Source of the DNA: Bacilli bacterium
GTDB taxonomy: Bacteria; Bacillota_I; Bacilli_A; RFN20; CAG-826
DNA: 64,000 nt
Direction: 5' to 3'
NCBI GenBank assembly: GCA_045130875.1
Contig: JBGUQI010000011.1
Span: 9,828-73,827 of the forward strand
Positions 17,388 through 24,866 of the stretch are shown piece by piece (position 1 is the stretch's first letter; each line of letters opens with the position of its first letter). A model generated the notes under the pieces. That model saw nothing but the letters and a program-made list of their open reading frames with translations. It did no database searches and was not told where the DNA came from. Made by a program: the position numbers and the translations under genes.

Positions 17388-19445
17388 CTAATAATGTTCA
17401 GAATTATATCTATAATTAAGCCTGCCGATAGGAGCACTATCGCCATCGACATAATAATTCATGATGTTATTCGGTTCGCTAATACCATCAGCGACTTTGA
17501 AATCAATGGTAAATTCTTGACCATCTTTAATTCCTAAGAAAGATAATGGAATAGCGATGCTTAAAGTCTTCCCGTCAAGGTAATAATCACATTCTTTAGC
17601 TTCATCACCAAAATCAAATTGGCCATCAGTCTTAATGGTCTCTAACTTGGTTTTGCCTTCACCTTTAGTCAAAGCGTTTCTATTGAGAATGAAGTTATAT
17701 CCTTCCCAAGATGGTAATTCACTACCATCTACAGATAATAAGACATTTATATTATTGTTTTGTTCATTATCAATAACTGTGTTATTAACAGTTTTTATTT
17801 GGAGATAAAGGTTGTTGCCATCATGGCTCATCTTTACCGATTCAATATCATTTCTATTTGTGTTATTAACATATCTTTCTTGATGGTCCGCACGATCGAA
17901 ATCTCTAGCGAAAACTTCATTAGTGAAATCTAAATATGTTCTAGCTTTATCCCAAGATAAATTCTTTAATGATTCAGTGACATATTCACCAGCGTATCTC
18001 ACTTTAGAGGAGGCAAACTTGTATTCTCTAGTTAATCTCATGTTTTGAAGATAGAAATTATCGCCATATCCCTCTTTGGTCATTTCGATATCACGGGAGA
18101 ATTCTTCATCGCAAGTATCACAGAAAGTGACTGTATTGTAGTATTTACCATAATATTCGTCTAATTTGGTGGTACCACCATGGATTTCATTAAGTGGTAA
18201 TTTATAAGCCACCCACTCATTCCACCCAGTGACAAATACTTCATCGATGTTCTTTTCGTTATCTAAAGCATTTCTCCACTGAGCTTCTAAGTTTGTGCCT
18301 TTAAAGGCGTTCTCTTTAACATTCTTATTTAATGCATAATCCCAACCACGACCTCTATTGGAATCATAATTCGTCGCGGCACCAGTATCATAATAATGAT
18401 AATATTCCGCAACTGGAGTTCTAACATTGGAATCATTTTTCACATATGGGTTACAGGAAACACCAAAAGAACCACCGACATGTTGAGACACCGAAACAGA
18501 CATATATGTGCCATCGCTATTTGTGTAGACTCTTTGAGGATATTGCCAATCCATCCAAGAGGCATCATCATAAGCAGTTTGTTCTTTATCATAAGGCCAT
18601 ATGGTATTTCTAATCTTAAGATTAGCAGTCACCAAAGGACTTAAATCAGCATAATATTGTGGTCTATCAATAGAGATAACTGGTTTACCAGTGGCATCAT
18701 CTCTTAACCACAATGAATCATAACGGGGATCGGTATAGAAAGCATTATAGAAATCTAACACTCTTTGAGGGTGGTTAAATGATTTTGTGGTACCAGTTAA
18801 GAATGATGTCACTTGAGGTACTCTCCAGCCCTCATTTTGATATTTAAGAAGAGCTTCTAATACCGCTCTAGTGTTCTTTTCATAGATGGACATATTTGTC
18901 AAATCTAGAGAGATATAATCAATACCACTCATGGTCAATAATTCGATGTGTCTAGCTAACACCCAAGGGTCATCAGAACAGTAATAACCATACAAAGGTT
19001 CACTAAAATAATGGAATTTATGTAATGGAGAAGCTTCAATGGGTTGCCCTTCATCATCATATTCCTGGACGATTTGATATTCATCATCGACAAGTTCTAA
19101 TTTGGACCATAAAGCTTTGCGACCTTCTTCGGTTTTGTTATATTTTGTGACATCAAAAATACCAGCTTCTTCATGTTCGCCCAACCAGATGAAATAGAAC
19201 ATGCCAACTTTTTTATCACTACTCGCGACATCACCTTCATCAAAACTACGACCATAAACGTCTGTGGAGACAATGGAATTAATCGTTGCGTTATAAAGGT
19301 TCTTGTCCGCTTTAATAACACCATAATCGATAATCTCGGTTTTGGTTTCTGTCTTACAAGCAGACATTAAAGAAACAAGGCTTATTAGGACACCACAAAT
19401 AAGGATCTTTTTTGATGCTTTTTTATCATATGATGAAAAGTTCAT
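17388..19445 (-). CDS. Surface lipoprotein, putative glycoside hydrolase (GH99/GH71-like TIM-barrel motif) with a C-terminal beta-sandwich; family not assigned
   Basis: Lipobox SLMSAC-KTE. PLYGYYCSDDPWVLARHIELLTMSGIDYISLD resembles the P-x-x-G-x-Y-x-S-x-D-x-x-V-x-x-x-H...GID motif of GH99-like families (from memory). Stop is 6 nt before the SBP start. Confidence 0.45.
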   Translation of the reverse strand: MNFSSYDKKASKKILICGVLISLVSLMSACKTETKTEIIDYGVIKADKNLYNATINSIVSTDVYGRSFDEGDVASSDKKVGMFYFIWLGEHEEAGIFDVTKYNKTEEGRKALWSKLELVDDEYQIVQEYDDEGQPIEASPLHKFHYFSEPLYGYYCSDDPWVLARHIELLTMSGIDYISLDLTNMSIYEKNTRAVLEALLKYQNEGWRVPQVTSFLTGTTKSFNHPQRVLDFYNAFYTDPRYDSLWLRDDATGKPVISIDRPQYYADLSPLVTANLKIRNTIWPYDKEQTAYDDASWMDWQYPQRVYTNSDGTYMSVSVSQHVGGSFGVSCNPYVKNDSNVRTPVAEYYHYYDTGAATNYDSNRGRGWDYALNKNVKENAFKGTNLEAQWRNALDNEKNIDEVFVTGWNEWVAYKLPLNEIHGGTTKLDEYYGKYYNTVTFCDTCDEEFSRDIEMTKEGYGDNFYLQNMRLTREYKFASSKVRYAGEYVTESLKNLSWDKARTYLDFTNEVFARDFDRADHQERYVNNTNRNDIESVKMSHDGNNLYLQIKTVNNTVIDNEQNNNINVLLSVDGSELPSWEGYNFILNRNALTKGEGKTKLETIKTDGQFDFGDEAKECDYYLDGKTLSIAIPLSFLGIKDGQEFTIDFKVADGISEPNNIMNYYVDGDSAPIGRLNYRYNSEHY

Positions 19446-19471
19446 AAATCTATTTTAGTAATAATAACATG

Positions 19472-19496
19472 TTCAGACAATAATCTAATGTCTGAA
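19472..19496 (-). other. Intercistronic 8-bp hairpin without a U-tract (possible mRNA processing/stability element or weak attenuator)
   Basis: TTCAGACA-(9 nt)-TGTCTGAA, in the 65-nt gap between 19511..20353 and 17388..19445. Confidence 0.35.
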
Positions 19497-19510
19497 AAAA
19501 CTATCAAAAA

Positions 19511-20353
19511 CTAAACATCCTCCTTTTCTTTTTTCACATGCATTCCCTTTTTCACTAAGTGAGGGAAGCGAATAGAATTAATGTGTTTATCAAATATCCT
19601 CATCTCGTTTAGCTGCACCCCAAGGAACACTAAGGGGAGGATGAAAATCACCACAATTAGTAAAACTAAATATTTGGTTAAGAGGGCAATAATGTTAGCG
19701 AATTGGAACAAGTCATAAGCTTTAAATCCAACGATCAAAATAATGCATAAAAGTGTGGTTGGAAGATGCTTGAAATAGAAGAAACAACCAACTTTAAAAT
19801 TGTCCCAATATTTATTTGTATAAATAAAATTAATAAACACAGTATGCATGATGATGGGGAAGAAAACCGCGACATTAAAGCCAAAAGGTATAGCCATAAT
19901 CCATCCACTATCGGTGAAGTGGAATATCACATTAAAAATCAAATTGAGTATCGCCACCATCAAAGCGGATATCAATGTTGGCTTAATATTGTCTTTAACT
20001 CCGGACTTAAAATCAGTACCAAAGAAGACTGGTTCTAACCACACATATTCACGATATATTTTTCCAAATCCTGCAATAGGTATTGCTAAAAGCAATATCA
20101 ATGCAGTTTCAATAGCAATACAAGTAATTAAAATTGTGGCATTAGAATTGCCTGTTTCATGAGCGATGATATAGGAATAATCTTTAAAGAAATTCACCAC
20201 GAATAGAGGTATCGCAAAAGCAAAGAGAATTAATCCAATCTTTAGGAAAGAGAAGTAATGTAGCTTTAAAACATCAAAGAACACTTCTCTTCGATTCTTA
20301 GGAAGATTATCTTCCGTAAATGCTTGTTTGGAATATAGATCATTTCTTCTCAT
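19511..20353 (-). CDS. Polytopic membrane protein, YesL/DUF624-like (paralog of 38208..39029)
   Basis: About 6 TM segments. The N-terminus YSKQAFTEDNLPKNRREVFFDVLKLHYFSFLKIGLILFAFAIPLF aligns with YSKAMLPRTRKAQFGDCFKMNYAVILKCGLMLLLFFTPLM of the paralog. Both lie downstream of a short MalK-like ATPase gene. The DUF624 assignment is from memory only. Confidence 0.5.
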   Translation of the reverse strand: MRRNDLYSKQAFTEDNLPKNRREVFFDVLKLHYFSFLKIGLILFAFAIPLFVVNFFKDYSYIIAHETGNSNATILITCIAIETALILLLAIPIAGFGKIYREYVWLEPVFFGTDFKSGVKDNIKPTLISALMVAILNLIFNVIFHFTDSGWIMAIPFGFNVAVFFPIIMHTVFINFIYTNKYWDNFKVGCFFYFKHLPTTLLCIILIVGFKAYDLFQFANIIALLTKYLVLLIVVIFILPLVFLGVQLNEMRIFDKHINSIRFPHLVKKGMHVKKEKEDV

Positions 20354-20933
20354 AATTTAGAAGCTCTTTGGTAAACGTAAGTGCGGTATCAAACTTGGAA
20401 TTATTTAATCCCTTAATGTGTTTGGAATTAACTCGATAGAAGAGGTAATAATTCTCATCTTCATATTTGTCATTAATTAAGCTAATTAAAGTGGAGTCAT
20501 TTTCCCCTTTCTTGTGATAGAGAATCCCTCTATTTAAGTCCTCTGTTTCATATGCAAAATAAGGAGACACAACATCGGATTTAAGTTCCGCGAATTGCTT
20601 GGTTAATAAATCCTTATCCATCCTGCTTTCAGGTAATAAGAAGATATCCGCTTTATTGAGGCCTTTATTGACCATATAATAATCAAAATCACTGGAATGA
20701 GGATTTACACTAGTGATATTGATTTCTCTAAGATAATCTGGAGATTTTTCCTTAAGGAAAGAGAATAAGGCTTCGTTATTCGTGGAGTAGTTACAAATGA
20801 ATAATGAAATGGTCTCTTCATTTCTCGGCATGTTAATGAAATCGCAATAATAAATCGTTCCCACGACTGATACAGCAATGAGAAGCAAATAGACATACCA
20901 GAATTTAAGGATGGCTTTTAATGTTCTATTCAT
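20340..20933 (-). CDS. Hypothetical membrane-anchored protein (N-terminal TM/signal anchor + ~165-aa extracytoplasmic domain)
   Basis: 197-aa ORF with N-terminal hydrophobic helix FWYVYLLLIAVSVVGTIYY. Overlaps both neighbours (8 nt and 14 nt), implying translational coupling. No family recognised. Confidence 0.6.
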   Translation of the reverse strand: MNRTLKAILKFWYVYLLLIAVSVVGTIYYCDFINMPRNEETISLFICNYSTNNEALFSFLKEKSPDYLREINITSVNPHSSDFDYYMVNKGLNKADIFLLPESRMDKDLLTKQFAELKSDVVSPYFAYETEDLNRGILYHKKGENDSTLISLINDKYEDENYYLFYRVNSKHIKGLNNSKFDTALTFTKELLNYEKK

Positions 20934-21426
20934 CTTGAGCCTCCTTAATATCGACGATGAAGTTCACCGCTAAAGTGACTTCGACTTTATCATCAACTTT
21001 AAAGTTCAAAGGAAGATTGGCTTCATAGAAGCAATTGATGGTTTTCCCCTCATCATCAATAGCCACTATTTCATATGCCATAATAGATTTACGGACTAAA
21101 TATGGTTCTCTAATTTCTTTGATAACCAAAACGCCTTCAAATCTCTCAACCGTTAATAATCGATATAGGAATTGGTTTCGTCTCTTTAACGGAATATAGA
21201 CAACCAAGATAATAATTGCTCCAGTGATTAAAGAAAGAGATAAGATGATGGCGTCAAAAACTTTTATCAGTAAAACGTTTTTATTATTGATTAAAAAGGC
21301 ACTCAATCCAAAGAATAATAAACCCATAAAAATGATTAAAATCGCCGAAATTAGCCACAATTTGTAGCTTTTTTTCATTTTTTCGTAGGTTTCTTTGGAA
21401 TAATAACTACTTGGCATAATCATCAT
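20926..21426 (-). CDS. Hypothetical 2-TM protein with a cytoplasmic beta-rich (OB/TOBE-like?) C-terminal domain
   Basis: 166 aa. K-rich N-terminus, two TM helices, then KRRNQ followed by FEGVLVIKEIREPYLVRKSIMAYEIVAIDDEGKTINCFYEANLPLNFKVDDKVEVTLAVNFIVDIKE. Start overlaps the ATPase gene by 20 nt. Confidence 0.6.
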   Translation of the reverse strand: MMIMPSSYYSKETYEKMKKSYKLWLISAILIIFMGLLFFGLSAFLINNKNVLLIKVFDAIILSLSLITGAIIILVVYIPLKRRNQFLYRLLTVERFEGVLVIKEIREPYLVRKSIMAYEIVAIDDEGKTINCFYEANLPLNFKVDDKVEVTLAVNFIVDIKEAQDE

Positions 21427-22138
21427 TTTGTATCAACGCTTTAATCGTTGGATGTTCACTTTTATATAATTCTTCTGAACTACCAGAAAAGATAATCTTT
21501 CCCTCATCCATGACAAAGATATGGTCCGCTAATGAAGTGGCTTCTTGTATTGAATGAGTCACATAAACAACGCTAGCGTGGTACTTTCTAATTGTTTCTA
21601 ATAAGAGGTGCTTGCCTTCATTTCTACCAACTTGATCTAAGTTAGAAAATGGTTCATCAAAGAAATAGAATGTAGCATTCTTAATAAGCGCTCTGGCAAT
21701 CGCGGTTCTTTGAGCTTGACCAATGGATATATGTCTGGGTTTACGAGATAAGCATTCGCTGATATGTAACTCATTAGCAAGTTCATTAACCTTATCGACA
21801 ATTACGGATTTTTCCATTCCTTTTATCCTTAAAGGATAAGCAATATTTTCAAATACCGTTGCGTGAGGTTGTAAAACAATGTCTTGAGAGACATAGGCAA
21901 AGTTTCTTTCTCCAATGTCATAATCATAGATATCCACACCATCTAAAGTGATATCGCCCTCATAAGGGATTAATCCTAATAAAGTTCTTAACAATGTGGT
22001 TTTACCACATCCAGATGGACCGATGATGACACTAAAATCTCCATCTTTAAAAGTCAAAGACAAACCATCGATAGCTTTGACTGTCGTCTTTTTATTCTTT
22101 AAGGTAACGGATAGATTGTTTACGACTATTTCAGACAT
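21407..22138 (-). CDS. ABC transporter ATP-binding protein, MalK/MsmX-like but lacking the C-terminal regulatory domain
   Basis: Walker A GPSGCGKTT; Q-loop VSQDIVLQPH; signature region RKPRHISIGQAQRTAIARAL (LSGGQ replaced by ISIGQ); Walker B FYFFDEPFSNLD; H-loop VTHS. Only 243 aa. Confidence 0.9.
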   Translation of the reverse strand: MSEIVVNNLSVTLKNKKTTVKAIDGLSLTFKDGDFSVIIGPSGCGKTTLLRTLLGLIPYEGDITLDGVDIYDYDIGERNFAYVSQDIVLQPHATVFENIAYPLRIKGMEKSVIVDKVNELANELHISECLSRKPRHISIGQAQRTAIARALIKNATFYFFDEPFSNLDQVGRNEGKHLLLETIRKYHASVVYVTHSIQEATSLADHIFVMDEGKIIFSGSSEELYKSEHPTIKALIQNDDYAK

Positions 22139-22140
22139 AA

Positions 22141-24852
22141 TTATTTCTTGCGTTTAATCATTAGAATTACTAAAACCACCACTCCGGCAAGTAAAGCGGC
22201 AGAGCCAACCGCAATACTGACAATTAAAGGAGTATTGGTTTTATTATCTTTCTTTTCTTCATCTTTCTTGGGTTCTTCAACCTTTTTCCAAGTTGCCACC
22301 AAAGTGATGCTTTCAGTAATAGGTGTTTCAAAATCAAATTCCACACCATTAAGTTTCCAACAAACAAATTCATATCCTTCTTTAGTGGGATTATATGGTT
22401 TATCTAATTTTGAACCTTGTGGCAAGGAAATAGGTTCTAAATAACTTCCACCATCAGTGTCAAATGTGATAATTACTTCGGCTGACCAAGAAGCATAAAG
22501 AGTCATATTGTCTTCCACTACTGTTTCTAAAACAAATGGATGTTCTAAAGCTTCATCTACTGCCCAATAATTGAAATAGAATCCTTCTTTAGAAGTAGTT
22601 GGTAATTCGCTTAAAGAAGTGCCGTATAAAACTTCAATTGGATCTACTTCTGAACCACCATTGGTGTTAAATGTGATAACACACATCTTGTCGCTATATT
22701 GTGCAACTGCGGTTTTATTAGTATCAAAGTTATAAATGGTTTCTTCATTTATTACTTGTTCATCAATGGTCCATACACCTACCATACCAGTTTGAGCAGG
22801 AACTTCTGGTAATTGACCAATGGCTTGACCATAAGTCACATTCATTGTGGTTTCTAAACCTTCAAATGATAGAACATAAGTTCTAACTACATAATAAGGT
22901 CTTAATTTAATAGTGACTGTAGTATTAGGAAGATTGATTTTGTTATTAACCACTTCAATGCCTTGTGGCTCAAAAACTTCCCAATAGGCATCATGTCCTT
23001 TTTTGGAAATAACAGGTTCTAATCTTAGTTCTTGTCCGGCCGGAACCACTCTAGAATATTCTTCGATTAAATCTCCATCAGCATCGTAATATTCAATCGT
23101 ACATAAGGGAACGAGTTCTTTATGGAGTTTTATCTTAATTGTGGTTTTCACTAAAGGCATAGTTAAGTGGCCATCAACAATTTCTAAACCTTCTGGTTCT
23201 TCAACAACCCAAGATGTTTTATATCCATCAATCGTGGGAGCGGCTTGAAGTTCATAGGTTTTACCAAGAACAACACTTTCACTATTCAATAATGTATTGT
23301 TATCGTCATAGTACTGAACTGTACATGTTGGTAAATCCCAAACATTAAATGCGGCGACAGAATCATCAAAATTACTTGCAGTAATTTCATAATCACAGGC
23401 CAAAGTGTAAACACCATAATTCTCGCTTTCATGGTTATCACAATATAAAGCATAGGAAGGAAGAGCTAAATCTTGTTTTAAAACCACTCTTCTTAAAGAG
23501 GCGGCGCCTTCAATCATCACAACCAAAGCGTTCATCTCGCCATAATTGAAATAGGCCTGTGTATCAATTGTTCTAATGTTTAATTTGTTATTAGAACCAT
23601 CGTAGAGTTCAACATTTGTGCCGAGATTATTAAATAAAGAAACCTTCCCGGCCGCAAACTGTAATCTATCAATAGACATAAAGTCAGTATTTTCATTAAA
23701 TGAAAGAATTAAGAAGACGTTAGTGTTACTAAATGGTCTTTGAGTTGAAAATTTAGCAAGAGTTAATCTTCCGATAGAATTAACACGTGGTGACCAAGGT
23801 ATTTGTGCACCAGTTGTGTGCTCATATCCTTGACCAACTTCCGCATAAAAATCATTCGTCACAGTAAAGCCATTGTAGACAACACTGGTTGTGTCACCTG
23901 TATACCTCGCATAAGAGGGAAGTATTAAACCAGAGCTAATACGCACATATCTAGCCTGTGGTAAGACATCAATACCTACAGAAATTCGAGGATATAAAGT
24001 CCACAAATCGATGGTGACTAAATGAGCTAAATCATAGTTCATTTCAACTTCATTTTCATCATAAAGATGCACTTTTTGCTTGAAATTTGGCAAAATATCA
24101 TTCCAAAGGTTTTCGGCAAAATGATAGTTACCTTGTCCGGAAATGGCGGGATAATCTAATCCACCACCATTGGGGAGGAATGTCAAAAATTCTTTCCCGC
24201 TATCAACATAGGAATATAAACCATTAACCGTAACGTTTCTGGGATCATATTCTTCGCAAGACCATTGATGTGGTCCCTGATATCTTGGTAAAGCAGCATC
24301 TGGATCGCTACCATAATATGTCTTGTCAACTGTGTAATAACCATAGGTAGGACTATTTGTCTCACCCTTTAGTAAAGCATATGAAGGAATCTTGAAGCCT
24401 TGTTTAATTTTGCCGCTAACAGCATTAGCGACATTTTGAATGCCGAAAGAGAATGATGCTCCACGGCCATCTTGATTACCATATAATTCCCAATAATCAT
24501 TAAGATTATACAATGTATTACCAGAACGATCTTTAAATTCAATATGGGTATTAATATTGTGGTCAAAGACACTCTTTACACTTGCGGCTTGAACACATAA
24601 AGAATGGGTGCCTTCAGCTTCTGGATAATCTGATCCAACTAACTTAAGGATTAAGTGACCGTTTGGATTAGTGCCACCACTCCAATATTGGTCATAAACA
24701 GTGATTCCCGTAATAGAAACAGTGCCTAAGTTAGTTAAGGAATCAGCTTTTGCTTCTTTCACGCTGCTGGAAAAATGAATAGCGCTACAGGCTAACAAGC
24801 CTGTCACTATTGTCATCACTGAGGCAAGAATAAAATTCTTAATCTTTTTCAT
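22141..24852 (-). CDS. Giant membrane-anchored surface protein, family B modules + ~5 Listeria-Bacteroides-type (Flg_new-like) repeats + C-terminal TM anchor
   Basis: 903 aa with AGGAGGAG SD. Signal peptide. Modules end in KQGFKIPSYALL, SSGLILPSYARY, KQDLALPSYALY. The C-terminal third has repeats such as ITFNTNGGSEVDPIEVLYGTSLSELPTTSKEGFYFNYWAV...LYASW and ITFDTDGGSYLEPISLPQGSKLDKPYNPTKEGYEFVCWKL...LVATW. C-terminus IAVGSAALLAGVVVLVILMIKRKK. Confidence 0.8.
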   Translation of the reverse strand: MKKIKNFILASVMTIVTGLLACSAIHFSSSVKEAKADSLTNLGTVSITGITVYDQYWSGGTNPNGHLILKLVGSDYPEAEGTHSLCVQAASVKSVFDHNINTHIEFKDRSGNTLYNLNDYWELYGNQDGRGASFSFGIQNVANAVSGKIKQGFKIPSYALLKGETNSPTYGYYTVDKTYYGSDPDAALPRYQGPHQWSCEEYDPRNVTVNGLYSYVDSGKEFLTFLPNGGGLDYPAISGQGNYHFAENLWNDILPNFKQKVHLYDENEVEMNYDLAHLVTIDLWTLYPRISVGIDVLPQARYVRISSGLILPSYARYTGDTTSVVYNGFTVTNDFYAEVGQGYEHTTGAQIPWSPRVNSIGRLTLAKFSTQRPFSNTNVFLILSFNENTDFMSIDRLQFAAGKVSLFNNLGTNVELYDGSNNKLNIRTIDTQAYFNYGEMNALVVMIEGAASLRRVVLKQDLALPSYALYCDNHESENYGVYTLACDYEITASNFDDSVAAFNVWDLPTCTVQYYDDNNTLLNSESVVLGKTYELQAAPTIDGYKTSWVVEEPEGLEIVDGHLTMPLVKTTIKIKLHKELVPLCTIEYYDADGDLIEEYSRVVPAGQELRLEPVISKKGHDAYWEVFEPQGIEVVNNKINLPNTTVTIKLRPYYVVRTYVLSFEGLETTMNVTYGQAIGQLPEVPAQTGMVGVWTIDEQVINEETIYNFDTNKTAVAQYSDKMCVITFNTNGGSEVDPIEVLYGTSLSELPTTSKEGFYFNYWAVDEALEHPFVLETVVEDNMTLYASWSAEVIITFDTDGGSYLEPISLPQGSKLDKPYNPTKEGYEFVCWKLNGVEFDFETPITESITLVATWKKVEEPKKDEEKKDNKTNTPLIVSIAVGSAALLAGVVVLVILMIKRKK

Positions 24853-24866
24853 GAACGCTCCTCCTA

